Assembly: GCF_009914755.1 (NCBI RefSeq)
Contig: NC_060926.1
Origin: the human T2T-CHM13v2.0 reference genome, Homo sapiens
Reading direction: 5' to 3' (one strand)
Length of the DNA: 64,000 nucleotides
Shown piece by piece: positions 1-16,027 of the stretch. A program made the translations under genes and the position numbers. Position 1 is the first letter of the stretch; each line of letters starts with the position of its first letter. The notes beneath the pieces were generated by a model. That model worked only from the letters and a program-made list of their open reading frames with translations, was not told the origin of the DNA and searched no databases.

Positions 1-107
1 TAAGCCCAGGAGGTTGAGGCTGCAGTGAGCAATGATGGTGCCACTGCACTCCAGCCTGGGCAACAGAGCAACAGAGTAAGACCTTGTCTCACACACACAC
101 ACACACA
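1..107 (+). mobile_element. Alu 3' fragment with (AC)n tail
   Basis: GAGGCTGCAGTGAGC...CACTGCACTCCAGCCTGGG followed by an AC repeat. Confidence 0.85.
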
Positions 108-129
108 AAGAAAAAGGAAGTAGAATGTA

Positions 130-582
130 TGTACTCTGCCCTTGCACTTGGGATAGGAGGTTGTGATTGCCTCAACTAATAGTGTGGCAAAGTGATTGCT
201 AAGTAAATTATGAAGATAGGTCATTAAAAAAACAAGATAGCTTCTGCCTGGTCTTCTCTTGGGATGCTCACCCTTGGAACCTGGCCACCATGCTCAGGAA
301 CCCTATGCCATGTGGCGAGCTCAGCCCTTGCTTCTCAGATCTGGTTGAGGTCCCAGCTAACAGCCAGCACCAACTTGCAAGCAATATGAGTGAGTGCCAT
401 CTTGGAAGCAGGTCCACCAGCCTTTAGTAGAGCTGCCTGCCTCATGCTATATGGAGCATAGATGAGCCTTCCTTGCTGAACCCTGCCCAAATCATAGACT
501 CCTAAGCAAAATAAATGATAGTTAGTGTTTAAGATATGAAGGTCTGCAGTGGTTTGTTATACAGCAATAGGGAACTGAAATA
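130..582 (+). mobile_element. MaLR LTR (MLT1-like)
   Basis: Typical 3' end AAATAAATG...GGTTTGTTATACAGCAATAG.AACTGAAATA. Confidence 0.7.
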
Positions 583-599
583 ATCGTGGTCAGCCAGGC

Positions 600-1358
600 T
601 GCAGTCTTGACAGTTGTCACTGCCTGCATGTATGTATACACAAAAACATGTTGAAGAAGTGTCAGTGAATTGAAAGAAAACCCTGAAGGCAATAGTGGAA
701 CATGTTTTAAAGAAATGCTACATCACAAACACTTTTATGCACAAAGGACAATATTATAAGGAAAACCATGAACACTGATGGCTCTGAATTCAAAAAGTGA
801 TTTAGAAGAATTAAACTCTGAATATGAAGGAATCTAAGGAATAGCATACCAAATTTATTTTGTATAAATTTTTCTTTAATTTTTTTATTTCCATAAGTTT
901 GGGGGGAACAGGTGGTATTTGGTTACATGAGTAGGTTCTTTAGTGGTGATCTGTGAGATTTTGGTGCGCCCATCACCCGAGCAGTAAACACTGAACCTGA
1001 TTTGTAGTCTTTGATCCCTCACACCCTTCCCATCTTTCCCCGAGTCCCCAAAGCCCAGTGTGTCATTCTCATGCCTCTGCATCCTCATAGCTTAGCTCCC
1101 ACTTATGAGAACATACAATGTTTGGTTTTCCATTCCTGAGTTACCTTACCTAGAATAATAGTCTCCTGTTTATGTGGTTCTTTTTAAGGATGCACACAAG
1201 TGATACACAATGGAAAAAAAACTATGTGTAAATAAAATTAAAAGAACACTCAATTAATATAAAGCAAATAGTGATAAAAAGAAAGGATTTTATCACAGTT
1301 TCATCATACCAGCCTAGCATCAGTGATATCAATGACATCTTAGATTTAATGAAATACA
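600..1358. mobile_element. Old TcMar (Tc2/Kanga-like) DNA transposon fragment interrupted by a minus-strand L1 3' fragment (~870-1170)
   Basis: End ATCTTAGATTTAATGAAATACAG resembles the Kanga/MER104 TIR; L1MA-type 3'UTR text at 885-1165. Confidence 0.5.
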
Positions 1359-1534
1359 GGTGTTTATTGTTGTTGATTCTATTATATTACCAAATACAAG
1401 TGTCCTAGGAGAGATTTCCACAAATTTTCCATTTTTTTCTTTGCAAATTAAAAAAAAGTAGATATAAACTTTTTTAAAAGTTCAATTTAATTTTTACTTT
1501 CATAATTATATCCCATTGTTCTATAAAACATTGG

Positions 1535-1847
1535 GGCTGGGTGCGGTGACTCACGTCTGTAATCCCAACACTTTGGGAGGCTGAGGCGGGCGGATCACCT
1601 GAGGTCAGGAGTTCAAGACCAACCTGGCCAACATGGTGAAACCCTATCTCTACTAAAAATACAAAAATTAGCAGGACATGGTAGTGCATGCCTGTAATCC
1701 CAGCTACTCGGGAGACTGAGGCAGAAGCATTGCTTGAACCCGGGAGGCAGAGGTTGCAGGTGAGCCGAGATCATGACACTGCACTCCCGCCTGGGTGACA
1801 GAACAAGAAAAAAAAAAAATTTGCCTCAAAAAAAAAAAAAAAAAAAA
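1535..1847 (+). mobile_element. Alu (S-type)
   Basis: Dimeric Alu with A tail. Confidence 0.95.
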
Positions 1848-2372
1848 TTTGGAAACAACAACAAAAAAAAAGCTTAATTTTCTCAACGTAATATTCCAAA
1901 TAAGTGACTCTCCATGATCACCTGAAATCACATAAATTTTGCATATTATGAATGTTTTAGTTGGCTCCGTTTTCTTGAATGGCATAGCATCAGTGATATT
2001 GATGACATCTTAGATTTAATAAAATACAGGTATTTATTGTTGTTGACTCTATTACCAAATACAAGTGTTCTAAGAGAGACTTCTAAAAATTTTCTAAACT
2101 AAAAAAAAAAAAACCTTAATTTTCTTAACTTAATATTCCAAATAAGTGACTCTCCATGATCCCCTGAAATCACATATACTTTACATATTGTGAATGTTTT
2201 AGGTGGCTGCGTTCTCTTCAATGGAGGTGGGGGAGGGTAGGCTTAATGAAAATGTGGTAAAGTCAATAATTCCAAAAGGCTTAGCTAAAGATATGTTGAA
2301 CATTAAAGAAACAAAGTGAATTAAAACTACTAATTAAGCATTTATAAAGCAAAATGATGTGACAATGTTAAC

Positions 2373-2378
2373 TTTATT
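2373..2378 (-). terminator. Candidate WDR92 poly(A) signal AATAAA (second candidate at 2431-2436)
   Basis: TTTATT on + strand ~1.4 kb past the stop; T-rich sequence downstream on the minus strand. Confidence 0.6.
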
Positions 2379-2609
2379 ACTACTGTTAAGGTAACAGAAT
2401 CAAAGCTTCTGTAGATCTCAAAAACAGAAGTTTATTCATAAAATGCATTTTTAAAGTATGACCAAAAATAAGACTACAAAACCCCTACAATCTTGTACAT
2501 TTCACCATCACTTACCACAGTCAAAAACCAAAAGTCTCACCAATTCAGTTCCTGTATTTTAAGTAAAAAAGAGCTCTTTAAAATCAAAGCATTTTGTTTT
2601 ATGAATTAA

Positions 2610-2978
<369 letters not shown>

Positions 2979-3432
2979 CCACCATTTTGATATTTTATAC
3001 AATAATATTATGTCCAGAAAATTACTCACACTGAAATCTCTCAAAATGTATTTATGAAGGTTAATTCAGTTTTTCCAAGGCAAACTCTTTTAAACCAAAT
3101 GAAATGATTCCCACCACAACATTATAGACACTAAAACATAACACAAGCATAAAGATAAAATATGGAACTTCAGGGACACAGAACAAATCTGAAATATGTT
3201 TAATTATAGACAACTATTGACTTAGAAATGGAAGGGAGAGAAAAGAACTGGCCCTGGAGATAGTTTACTTGGTGCTTCTGATACCCACGTGCAGCAGCAA
3301 GTCAGCAAACAAGCCCCGAGAGAGGCTGGAGGCTGGCCCAGAGGCTTGTGGCTGGGGTCTTTTATCATCAGCCAAATCCAGCTTTGTTCAATGAGGGTCA
3401 GAGGACTCCAGAACCTATCTTAAATTGTGTGA

Positions 3433-3767
<335 letters not shown>

Positions 3768-3787
3768 TCAAGTCCAAAGTCTTGAAG

Positions 3788-3995
3788 TCAAATTTTATTG
3801 AGCTTTGTAACGATCAGTACTCTCACCGTTTGGTCAAATGAACTACAGACGCAGAGACCCCTTTTATCTGGACTCCAATCCAAACTTGAAATGGGCTGGG
3901 TGGACAACGTAACATTCTGCAGAAGGCTTACAGAACCTGCGACTCCCATTTCTATTCCCTCAGAATCTTTCTTTGACCGCTGAATAGGGTATTCA
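3788..3995 (-). CDS. DNAAF10: WDR92/DNAAF10 exon 8 coding part (YEYPIQRS...TKLNKI*)
   Basis: TTTCAG acceptor; TGA at 3790-3788; all eight exons total 1074 nt = 357 aa + stop. Confidence 0.96.
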
Positions 3996-5789
3996 CTGAA
4001 AACAAGATCAAAATGGTAAGAGCGCATAAATCTTAGCTTTCACCATTTTATTTTTATACATACACTTCAATGACTCTATTTCTCAGTTGGTTACTGGGAC
4101 TAATAAATACTTAAAGAATCTTTCTAATACTGAGTTGTTTGCAAATAAAGAGACAATTTCAACCTCAATCCTATCCCAAAACACGTCATAAAAAAGGGTT
4201 ATTAGTTCTACTAAAAACTTCTAAAAGTCATTTCTGCTCAACGTGTATCTGTATTTTCTCTTTTAATATGAAAGTTCTAGGTTGATCTAGGATTCTTTAA
4301 TACATTTACTTGGTGCTTTTGGCAATCTTTTATTTATTGTAATTTTTCTCCAGATATAGATTGCTGGATATCACAGGCAAACAATGTGCAAAGGCAATGG
4401 CTGTAAGTAACATTTGCAGAACTTCATCTAAACACTTCCAGAATGAAAAACTGATGCCAGCTTCTAACCCTCGAGCTCCATTACACGGACCCAAGCCTAA
4501 GGACCTTTTGTGTACCATTTCTATGGGAAGGCGTCACAGGGTGGAGATGTTAGACCTAAATGTAATTGTTTCAAACAAGAAAAAAGTGGTTCTGAGAACA
4601 TTTTTTTTTTCAGCTGAAAATATAAATTTATACAGTAAGAAAAGCAGAAGGTTAAAGTCATAAATCCTATTTGGTCTAGATTTGAAAAGGGGAAAGAGAA
4701 CACTCCTCCCCAATAGAGATGTGTTCCTAATAAAATACAAAAGTATCACTCCTCAGAAGGCCTTTTAAAACCTACTAGTATCAATTATGACAACATCTTT
4801 ATTTCATACATGCTGGCAAAGGCCAAGAACGTAAGAAGCACAAAGCCAATCAGAAGCAGAATGGAAAGGGAAGAAGAATCTACAGGTGGATGATCTACTA
4901 TTTTCTCTTCCTCTCAAACCCTACAAATCATTTTGATGAAAAAAAATAAAACATTCAGATGAATAAATGGTTTAAATACAGACACCTTTCACATATCTCT
5001 TGGCAAAGGCTGCAGTTATTTAGTATTCAAAAGATAACATAAAAAATTTTTAAAACCCTCCATATTATCTGTTGAAGTTTTAAAAGAATATGTGTATATG
5101 ATTCAAATACTTGGAAAAAAAATCAGCATGTTGAAGTTTTTCATTCAAAAAACAAGTCGTGAATAACTAGATGATTTCTTGTAGAAGCTGTTCGTTCAGT
5201 GGTCAATAAATATTTACAATTTAATTGCATTACTACCAAGACAGACTGGCAAATGAAAATAAAGCTAAATATCATTGTACTTAAACCAATTCCCTTTGCT
5301 GGTACAATACTTGACAGTAAAACTCCAAACCGATTTGAAGATTAGACTGGACATCTGTTCTGGTTAGGTGTAAAGTTTACATTGCGCTAAACTTCAAATT
5401 TGCATACAGACCTAACTTTACTGACGGAACTAAATCCGCTGTAGTAAAAAATTCCAGCTGCGAAAGTGTTCGTGTGCCTCATGGAATACAAATCCATGTG
5501 TAGATTACAAAGAAAACTGGGACTAGTTCTTCAAGCGAGCAGCCTAAAGAGTTTGGTCACCAAGTAAAATAGTGATGTGCCACCACATGGCTTCACTAAG
5601 GGGACTGGCAGAGTCTAACGTGGGGAGGAGACCGGGATGGAAGAATCAGGGAAGAACAACAGGCAGAGGTGCTAGAAGAAGGGAAAGTAGCAAGTGATCT
5701 CTCTACCCCACATTCTCCCAGAACGACTCAAACTTTTCCTCTGCTTTTCACTCAGAAACCATATTGGTTGTTTGTTTGTTTGTTTGTTT

Positions 5790-6303
5790 GTTGAGACAGA
5801 AAAAGTCTCTGTCGCTCTGTCTCACTCTGTCACCCAGGTTGGAGTGCAGTGGTGCGATCTCGACTCACTGAGACCTCCACCTCCCAGATTCAGGCAATTC
5901 TCGTGCCTCAGCCTCCTAAGTAGCTGGGACGTGTGCCACCACGCCCGGCTAGTTCTTGTATTTTTAGTAGAGACCCGGTTTTGCCATAATCATACTGCTT
6001 CGATCTAAAGTGTTCACTCTGGCTGGGTGCAGTGGCTCACACCCATAATTCCAATACTGTGGGAGGCCGAGGCAGGTGAATCACCTGAGGTCAGGAGTTC
6101 GAGATCAGCCTGGCCAACATGGTGAAACCCCGTCTCTACTAAAAATACAAAAATTAGCCAGGCGTCGTGGCGGGCACCTGTAATCCTAGTTACTCGGGAG
6201 GCTGAGGCAGGAGAACCCCTTGAACCTGGAGGTGGAGTCTGCGGTGAGACGAGATCATGCCACTGCACTCCAGCCTGGGTGACAGAGCAAGACTTTGTCA
6301 GAA
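5790..6303. mobile_element. Inverted Alu pair: partial minus (~5790-5985) and full plus (6021-6303)
   Basis: Alu consensus in opposite orientations ~35 bp apart. Confidence 0.9.
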
Positions 6304-7251
6304 AATATAAGATAAAGCATTCGATCTGCTTTTTGTCAGCGGTATCCCTGCACACAGTACTTTAACAAGTACTTTCCAACTGTAGCCCTGTTTTTCAGAA
6401 CCCCTTCCAGCTTCTCAAAGGAGCTAATAGAGAAGAATTTTATAAATGTGAAAGTCCCAGATATATTGAGGATGGTGTTTTTCTTCTTACATTATTAATG
6501 AAACTTTATTTTTGAAATATCCTTCATTTATGGGCTTGCTGTTTTTTCCCTGAGTGATGTTTAAGAAAGATATAATTTTTCCCCTCCAAGTACATATTGC
6601 TTAGCTAATAAAGTATTCAGAAATACCATTAACTCACAATTTTTATCAGACCTTTAATTTTTGTTTTGTTTTGTTTTGTTTCCTTTTCACAGGCCAACCC
6701 TGAGCAATGATATCAGACCTTTTAAATGATCTAGTATCTGTGATGTTAGCGCCCTTGGGATTCAGAAAGTGGTGTGCATAGTAAAAGCTTTCATTGTAAC
6801 TCACCCTGCCTAGATATGCAGAAAGCAAATTCAGTGATAAGATCTTTCCTGGAGACCAATCAGCAGCCTCAGGCTCTGTTGGGGTCTATCACAATGATGT
6901 TATCTAAATTTAGGCAAGGAACCCTTTCCCCATCTTTTAGAGGCAGTGAGTGTTCTAATCACTTCAAGATAGTATCTGATAAAAGTCTTGGGCCAACTTT
7001 TTCATACTTAGAAGACACAACTAAAATGATATACTAAAATGTATCAAAAGAAGATTAGTGTACACTCTACTAAGTGTAAAGTATATTCATACAAAATGCT
7101 TAGAAAACAAGTTATGTAACACCATGAAATTTTAAATCATATCAAAATGAACTAAGTCAAAGCAGGAAAAAAAAGAAAAAAAAGTTCAATCTAATCCTAC
7201 TTTACACCCACAGGTAACTTTAAAAGGAGCAGTGTGCACTGGCAGACTTAC

Positions 7252-7349
7252 TACTTCCAGAGGTGAAGGCCGCCGGCGCCTCCAGCTGTCAGAAAGAGCT
7301 CCCTGTTCTGCGGCAGGTGTCGGACCTGCCACACAGTAGATTTATGAGC
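7252..7349 (-). CDS. DNAAF10: WDR92/DNAAF10 exon 7 ([32 protein letters not shown])
   Basis: TTTAG acceptor, TA|GTAAGT donor, 98 nt; WD repeat pattern. Confidence 0.95.
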
Positions 7350-8483
7350 CTAAATAGAACAAGAGGCATACAACTGGTTTATATGCTAAATGGTGCCCTG
7401 GAAGAGAAACGCTGCAAATAAAAAACTCTTACAACTATAATTTCAATGGTTATAAAAGTAATTAAGGTTATTTTCTGGCACATCTCTTTATAATGGCTAT
7501 AGAGATTTATAGGAACACATAAGAAATTAGAAAAAGCATCATTTTTCTTTATTGCTTTATGAAACAAAGTTCTACTGGATTTTTAAAAAGACAGGTATTA
7601 AAATCCATTTAAGTTTATAGTATCAAATACTTATGAAAATAGATTTTACATATTTAAATACCTCTAGTTCATTCTGAGGGGGAAAACACTCAAAATATAA
7701 AAACATATACTTTTGTTTATATATACGAAAAATGTGGACTGAATTAAAAAAATACACTTTAGTTCTGAGAGCAGTTTGAGGTTCACAGCAAAACTCAGCA
7801 ATAAGTACATAGACTGAATTTTAACTAAAATTTATAGACCGAAATTTAACTAACAGCTCCCAGAGCCTTATTTTCAATTTATTGCCATTTACCTGTCCAG
7901 TCTTCAAAATAAGGACCATGAGGACTTACAGACAATGTTTATGGTCATAATAAGCTAAGGTCTTTATCATTCACATTAGACTAAAAGATTAAAAACCAGC
8001 AACTGGAAGGTTAACAGGTTGTTAGCACCTCAAAAGCAGCCAGTAAATCCATCCCGGCGCCACTGCATTAACTGGGGGGAACTTAGGAGAGAGAGAGAGA
8101 CAGAGGGAGAGAGAGAAAGGAGGCGGGAGGGAATGAATGACTGCTGCTTTGTAGAAGCAGTGGGGCTGGCTATCGTGGTACACCACATTTTAGTGAGTGA
8201 TTAGTCTTGACCTTTGATTTCAATAGTCTTTTGAGAGAATTACCATTAGCAGATAAAGACTCATATCTCAAAACACACATTTTGAGTGTGTAACAGTCTC
8301 TCAGTGATTAGGTTCAAGCTGTCGAAACATTTTATTTTGTAGCTTAAACTTCTCTTCTTCTTCAGGAAGTTGAGAAAAACACAAAAAGCAAGAGGGGAAA
8401 TGACCTCTTAAAATACACCAGAGTCTTCTATTTGGCAGATTTAGCAATTACTGGATTAACTAAATATAATTTTAAAAAACTGG

Positions 8484-8823
<340 letters not shown>

Positions 8824-9848
8824 CTATTATGTATAGATAATGAAATATGTGTTGCAAATTATACATGGAACAGTTTAGTAAAGTGATTTATGTTGTTGAT
8901 AGATACTTAATATATTCTGAAATGACAAAAGCAAACCAATATTATAATTTATAGCTATCTTGTTAAGAATTTGGTTTTCATAAGGAAGTGACAATAATTT
9001 ACACACAATAATAATAATGAGACAAAATAGAAAGGTTCAAGAAATCCTACTGAATCCACAGGAGAGAGAGAAGCAACGGAGTAAGTTCTCACTTCCTGAG
9101 CAACTTGTATATTTTAATCTTATGGAAACAAGGAATCTGTAACTGATCTTTCTTTCTTTTTATACTTGAGGAAGTTCAAATCACATTTCCAATCCATTTC
9201 TTGTGAATGACAGGACCTTTCTGCATGAATTTTCTGTAATCCCCCCAGTCCAGAAACTATCTTTTTTTTAAACCAGTATTTTCCCTTTGCCCTGCTTTCC
9301 TCATCTATTGGTCTAACGCCATAATACCGCATTTCCCTCTCAGCTACCTCAAATGCAAGGCAAAGTTAAGTAAGTAAATATTTTTGAACATTTACTATAA
9401 TCACAGTACTCAGTGATTCAAATAATTTCATTTAATATAGCAAACTGGAATATAAAACAAAGTGTAATGAAATGACATCATGTACATATAGTTTATTTTG
9501 AAAAATATATAACCAGGTATTAGCACAAATATTATATACTTATTAGGAAACACCAGGCTGGGTTTTGTTGATCAAATTCCTAATATCAGCTAGGTTTCTT
9601 CTAATTGCTCCTAAACTACAAAATAAGATTCCTACCTGAGATCTTTATTATAATCAAGAAGTCTAAAGTTGATAAACTTTGGGGAAGTACTCTTTGCACA
9701 GAAAAACTTGTCAAGATCTCACAGGAATATATCAAAAATAGCTCCCTTCACATAAAGACCTGGAAGAAACCTTGGTGACTAATTCTACTTATCAGTCTAA
9801 ACCAAGCTATCATTCTTCTTCATAGAAAGACATTTCCCTCATATTTAC

Positions 9849-9983
9849 CTTTTCTGAAACAGAGGCAAAACCTTTGGTTGGATGCTGTGTTCTCATGTCA
9901 AAAACATGGAACTTTCCTTCCAGAGATGTGGCTACTAACTTATTCATACTTATGTCTTTTCTGTCAAACTCCAAGCTACACAC
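9849..9983 (-). CDS. DNAAF10: WDR92/DNAAF10 exon 6 ([10 protein letters not shown]...ASVSEK)
   Basis: TTTCAG acceptor, AAG|GTAAAT donor, 135 nt; ORF 9810..10019. Confidence 0.96.
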
Positions 9984-10135
9984 CTGAAAACAGAGAATAC
10001 TTATTATTGGTAGTCTCACCAGTATTACTCAGGAGGCTCTTTTATACTAAGTAAAACAGCTTTAAAATGGTCAGATAATGTGAAAGCACTCCAACAATCA
10101 TTTATCTTTTAACTTTTCCCATAAAAATTTTTTTC

Positions 10136-10837
<702 letters not shown>

Positions 10838-11291
10838 TTAACTTTTTACATTATTTAACAGTTAAGTAAAGGCTAACAGTAGAAAACAGGAGGAAACCAC
10901 ATTCTTTGCTAAAGGTGCACAACTAAGGAACCAAAAATCTGAGCTGGGGAGGTGACTACTGTTTCAGGCTTTCTGATATTGGCATAAAAAGACCTTTTAC
11001 TTGCTTATTTTGAAATCTTACTACATGGCCCACAGGGGTCTGCAGACAGGCTGAAGGGGCTGGTGACTCCCCCAACGCTGTGCAAACCACATGTGGGTGT
11101 GAGCTCATTTTCTGAAGAGAGGATCCAGGATTTTCATTAGATTCTCAAACGGATTTGGCCTCAAAAAGTTAAGAACCGTTGGCAGAGGGGTTGACTCAGA
11201 TGAGTTACTAGAGGTGTTTTCCTTTTGTAATAGTTCAGAGGTGAATGGAAACATGCTCAGAGAAACCAAAAAGCCTCAGAATGTACTTTAC

Positions 11292-11407
11292 CCCATTTTT
11301 GATGTTTGTCTCCCACCGTAATGCCATATTTCTGAGATCAAATAGTTTGATATCCCCATTGTCATAGCCAGCACAAACAACACGTTCTTCTTGATTATAA
11401 GCATTGC
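11292..11407 (-). CDS. DNAAF10: WDR92/DNAAF10 exon 5 ([25 protein letters not shown]...IKNG)
   Basis: TCCAG acceptor, GGG|GTAAAG donor, 116 nt, phase 1->0. Confidence 0.95.
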
Positions 11408-11611
11408 CTGGAAATCAAGATACAACATTTCACATCCTTATAAATGCATCCTTATAAAGGCTGCTTTAAAAAAGTCTTATGAAACTAACATAAAACTTAT
11501 ATTAAATCAGATCTTAAAAATCACACTGGGTAGTATCCCATCTTACCAATCCTGAGAGGACATCAAGATTATTAATGTGGTATCCATTAGTTTTTTGTTT
11601 TGTTTAAATTT

Positions 11612-12045
11612 CTGATAAGAGTTTGGATATTTGTCCCCCCAAATCTGATGTTGACGTATGATCCCCAATGTCGGAGGTGGGGCCTGATGGGAGGTGCTGG
11701 GTCATGGGGCTGGATCCCTCGTGAATGGCTCAGTGCAGTCCTTATGGTAATGAGTTTTCGCTCTTCTAGTTCATGTGAGGTCTGGTTGTTAAAGAGTCTG
11801 GCACCTCCCTCCTCCCCTCTCTCTTGCTCCCTCTCTCGCCATGTGACATGCCTGCTCCCCTTTTGCCTTCTGCCATGAGCAGACAATTCCTGAGGTCTCA
11901 CCAGGAGCAGATACTGGCACCATGCTTCTTGGATACTCTTGCAGAATCATGAGCCAAATAAAACTCTTTTCTTTATAAACTACCCAGTCTCAGGTATTCC
12001 TTTATAGCAATAAAGCAATTCAATGCAAAGCAGACTAACTAATAT
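11612..12045 (+). mobile_element. MaLR solo LTR (MSTB-like)
   Basis: GTTTGGATATTTGTCCCC...GAGGTGGGGCCT...CCCAGTCTCAGGTATTCCTTTATAGCAA. Confidence 0.85.
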
Positions 12046-12121
12046 AAGCTCATTCACTGTAATTCCATACTGAAAGGATATGTGAAAGTGTTTATTGAAT
12101 TCAATTTAAATAAAATGCTTT

Positions 12122-12382
<261 letters not shown>

Positions 12383-13316
12383 CTACTATATCTGCAAAGG
12401 CTAGCAGGCCAACTACAGCTCAAACACAAAGGGGTCTCAGAGAATAAATACAGTTATACCTCTATTGCTTTCTTGGCAGTAACTATATTTGAATGCAAAC
12501 AGAAACTTTAAAACTAATTTATCTTGAAAAATGTTGCTCTGGTGTGATTCCATCTTTACAAGGAAATCTGAAATAAGTTGTAGCACACTGTGACATATTT
12601 TTAGTAGTGTGGATGATCATACCTGAAGTAAGTTTATAATCTGTGGTTAAACTCATCCTCCTGGAATTAATTCAAGGATTTTTTTCCAAGTATCTCTTGC
12701 TGAGGAAAGAGTGTTAAGTGAGAAGGAGGCCCCTGTCACTGTGCTATGCTATCTGGGCATCCTATCCCAATGCTTTCATTGCCCCTAACTTCGTTTTTCT
12801 CATAAACTCCAGCCCTGCATTTCCACTGTGGGCCCCACCTAGATGGTACACCATCATCTTAAACTCATGATGTCCCAAAATGACCTTACCATTTTCCTTT
12901 ACAAATTATCCCACCCCTTGTATAATTTTTTCAATTAATACCATCATTCACCCCACAATCAGCCTGAAAACTCAGTCATCTTGGACATTATCCTTTTCTT
13001 TGTTCTTCATATCCAAAAACATTCCCAAATTCTATGTATTCTGCATAATATTATCTTCTGAATCATCCACTCTGCTCCCTTCTCAGTGCTTGTAACTTAG
13101 GTCTTCCCTGGAATACTGCAAAGAGCTCTTGAACTCATATTCTCTGTACCACTCATCACTCCCGCTAAATACCACTAGTTCATTTTCCTAAAGCTCGGAT
13201 TTCATCTCTTCCTTGCAAACACCATCAAAAACTTAGAACTATCTTCAGGCCGTCCTAACACCTCTGGCCATTGTCCTGAGCCATCTCTAAGGATATTCCT
13301 ACTATTACTCTCTTCT

Positions 13317-13632
13317 ACCGTTGGCCCTCCCTATCCATGGGTTCTGCATCTATAGGCAACCAACAATGGATCGAAAATATTTGGAAAAAAATTTGCATCT
13401 ACACTAAAAACGTACAGACTTCTTGTGCTTGTCATTATTCCCTAAACAATACAACAATGACTGACACAGCATTTATATTATATTAGGTATTATAAGTAAT
13501 CTAGAGATGATTTAAAGTATACGGGAGGATGTGTTAAACCATTCATGAGAACTCCGCCCCCATTAATCACCTCCCACCAGGCCCCACCTCCAACACTGGG
13601 GATTACAATTGGACATGAGATTTGGTGGGGAC
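13317..13632. mobile_element. MER2-like Tigger MITE fragment joined to an MST LTR fragment
   Basis: TAGGTATTATAAGTAATCTAGAGATGATTTAAAGTATA motif, then CCCACCAGGCCCCACCTCCAACACTGGGGATTACAATT. Confidence 0.7.
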
Positions 13633-14243
13633 ATAGATCCAAACCATATCAAAGGGCAAATGTCAATTAGTCTTCCAAAGTCAATATTCATTTTAAGTAA
13701 ATTAATGAAGGAATACAGTTATCAAAATTTATAAGAAATAACTTTGTAATGGCAAACTATTTTCTAGAAAATAAACATACTCCGTATATAGCGTAATGTA
13801 TGATTTGTTAGGTAACTGTTTGCATTTGAGGCTTGGTTTATCCCCATTAATGGTGTCTGACTTTAAATTAGGTCAATATTATCTAGTTAAACAGGAACAC
13901 ATAATAATAAGCACAATTCTCAGCACTTTACATGTAATTAACTCATTGACTCTTCATGACAACACAACTAAGTAAATTCTATTATTAATTCCATTTTATA
14001 AATGAAACATCCAAGGAACAGATAACTTTGGTAACTTGCTCCAGGCCACATGGCCAATAAGTAGCAGGTGAGAATTCAAACTCAGGCCCCAGAGGCTGAC
14101 ATTAACCACCACGTGTATTTGCCTCAGTAAACTATTAGAATAATCCACAAAACAGACCATAAAGAGACTACTGTGAAATTTCTTGCAGCATCGTGCTTTT
14201 TACCATCTGATAATTCAAATGCAAGAATTCTTCAATAATTTAC

Positions 14244-14345
14244 CAAATGCCACAGTCCAACAGTCTCTCTTGTTTTCTCCTTGTACAGGTTCCATATTAG
14301 CAACAGGATCATCTTTTTGCCTTGGGTCCCACACCTTCACAGTTC
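14244..14345 (-). CDS. DNAAF10: WDR92/DNAAF10 exon 4 ([12 protein letters not shown]...CWTVAFG)
   Basis: GGCAG acceptor, G|GTAAAT donor, 102 nt; WD signature VKVWD. Confidence 0.95.
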
Positions 14346-14783
14346 CTGCCATGCATAAAAGTGAGTTGGCAAAAATTCAAAAGTAAATGATTATGTTTCT
14401 TTTCTACATTCTTCTTCTATGGCTTCCTGTGTACATGGCAATATGACAGATGTTATGACATCTGAAAATATCCACATTGTTCTGACTTCTAATTGGGTAA
14501 GTTGTATTTAATATCAGAGATATCACCCATATGTAACTATCTGACTTGGTTTCCAAATTAATAGACACACAGAAAAGCCAACAAGTGTTCCTAAGTTATC
14601 TACGAGTGATGACTGACAAGGCAAATGTGAATGTTACGTAATTCAAATCATGAGCCTAAAATGAATGTGTTATTTTTTAGGGAAAATACCAGTGTTGTTT
14701 TAATTTTTACTTTTTTCCTTATTACCCATTTTAACCATTGGCATGAATACACTCTAATTTTGAATTAATGGTTTCTTATGTGA

Positions 14784-16027
<1,244 letters not shown>

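Noticed and set aside
6735-6960. Possible intronic C/D-box snoRNA
   Set aside because: No intact RTGATGA/CTGA pair with a terminal stem found on the host (minus) strand
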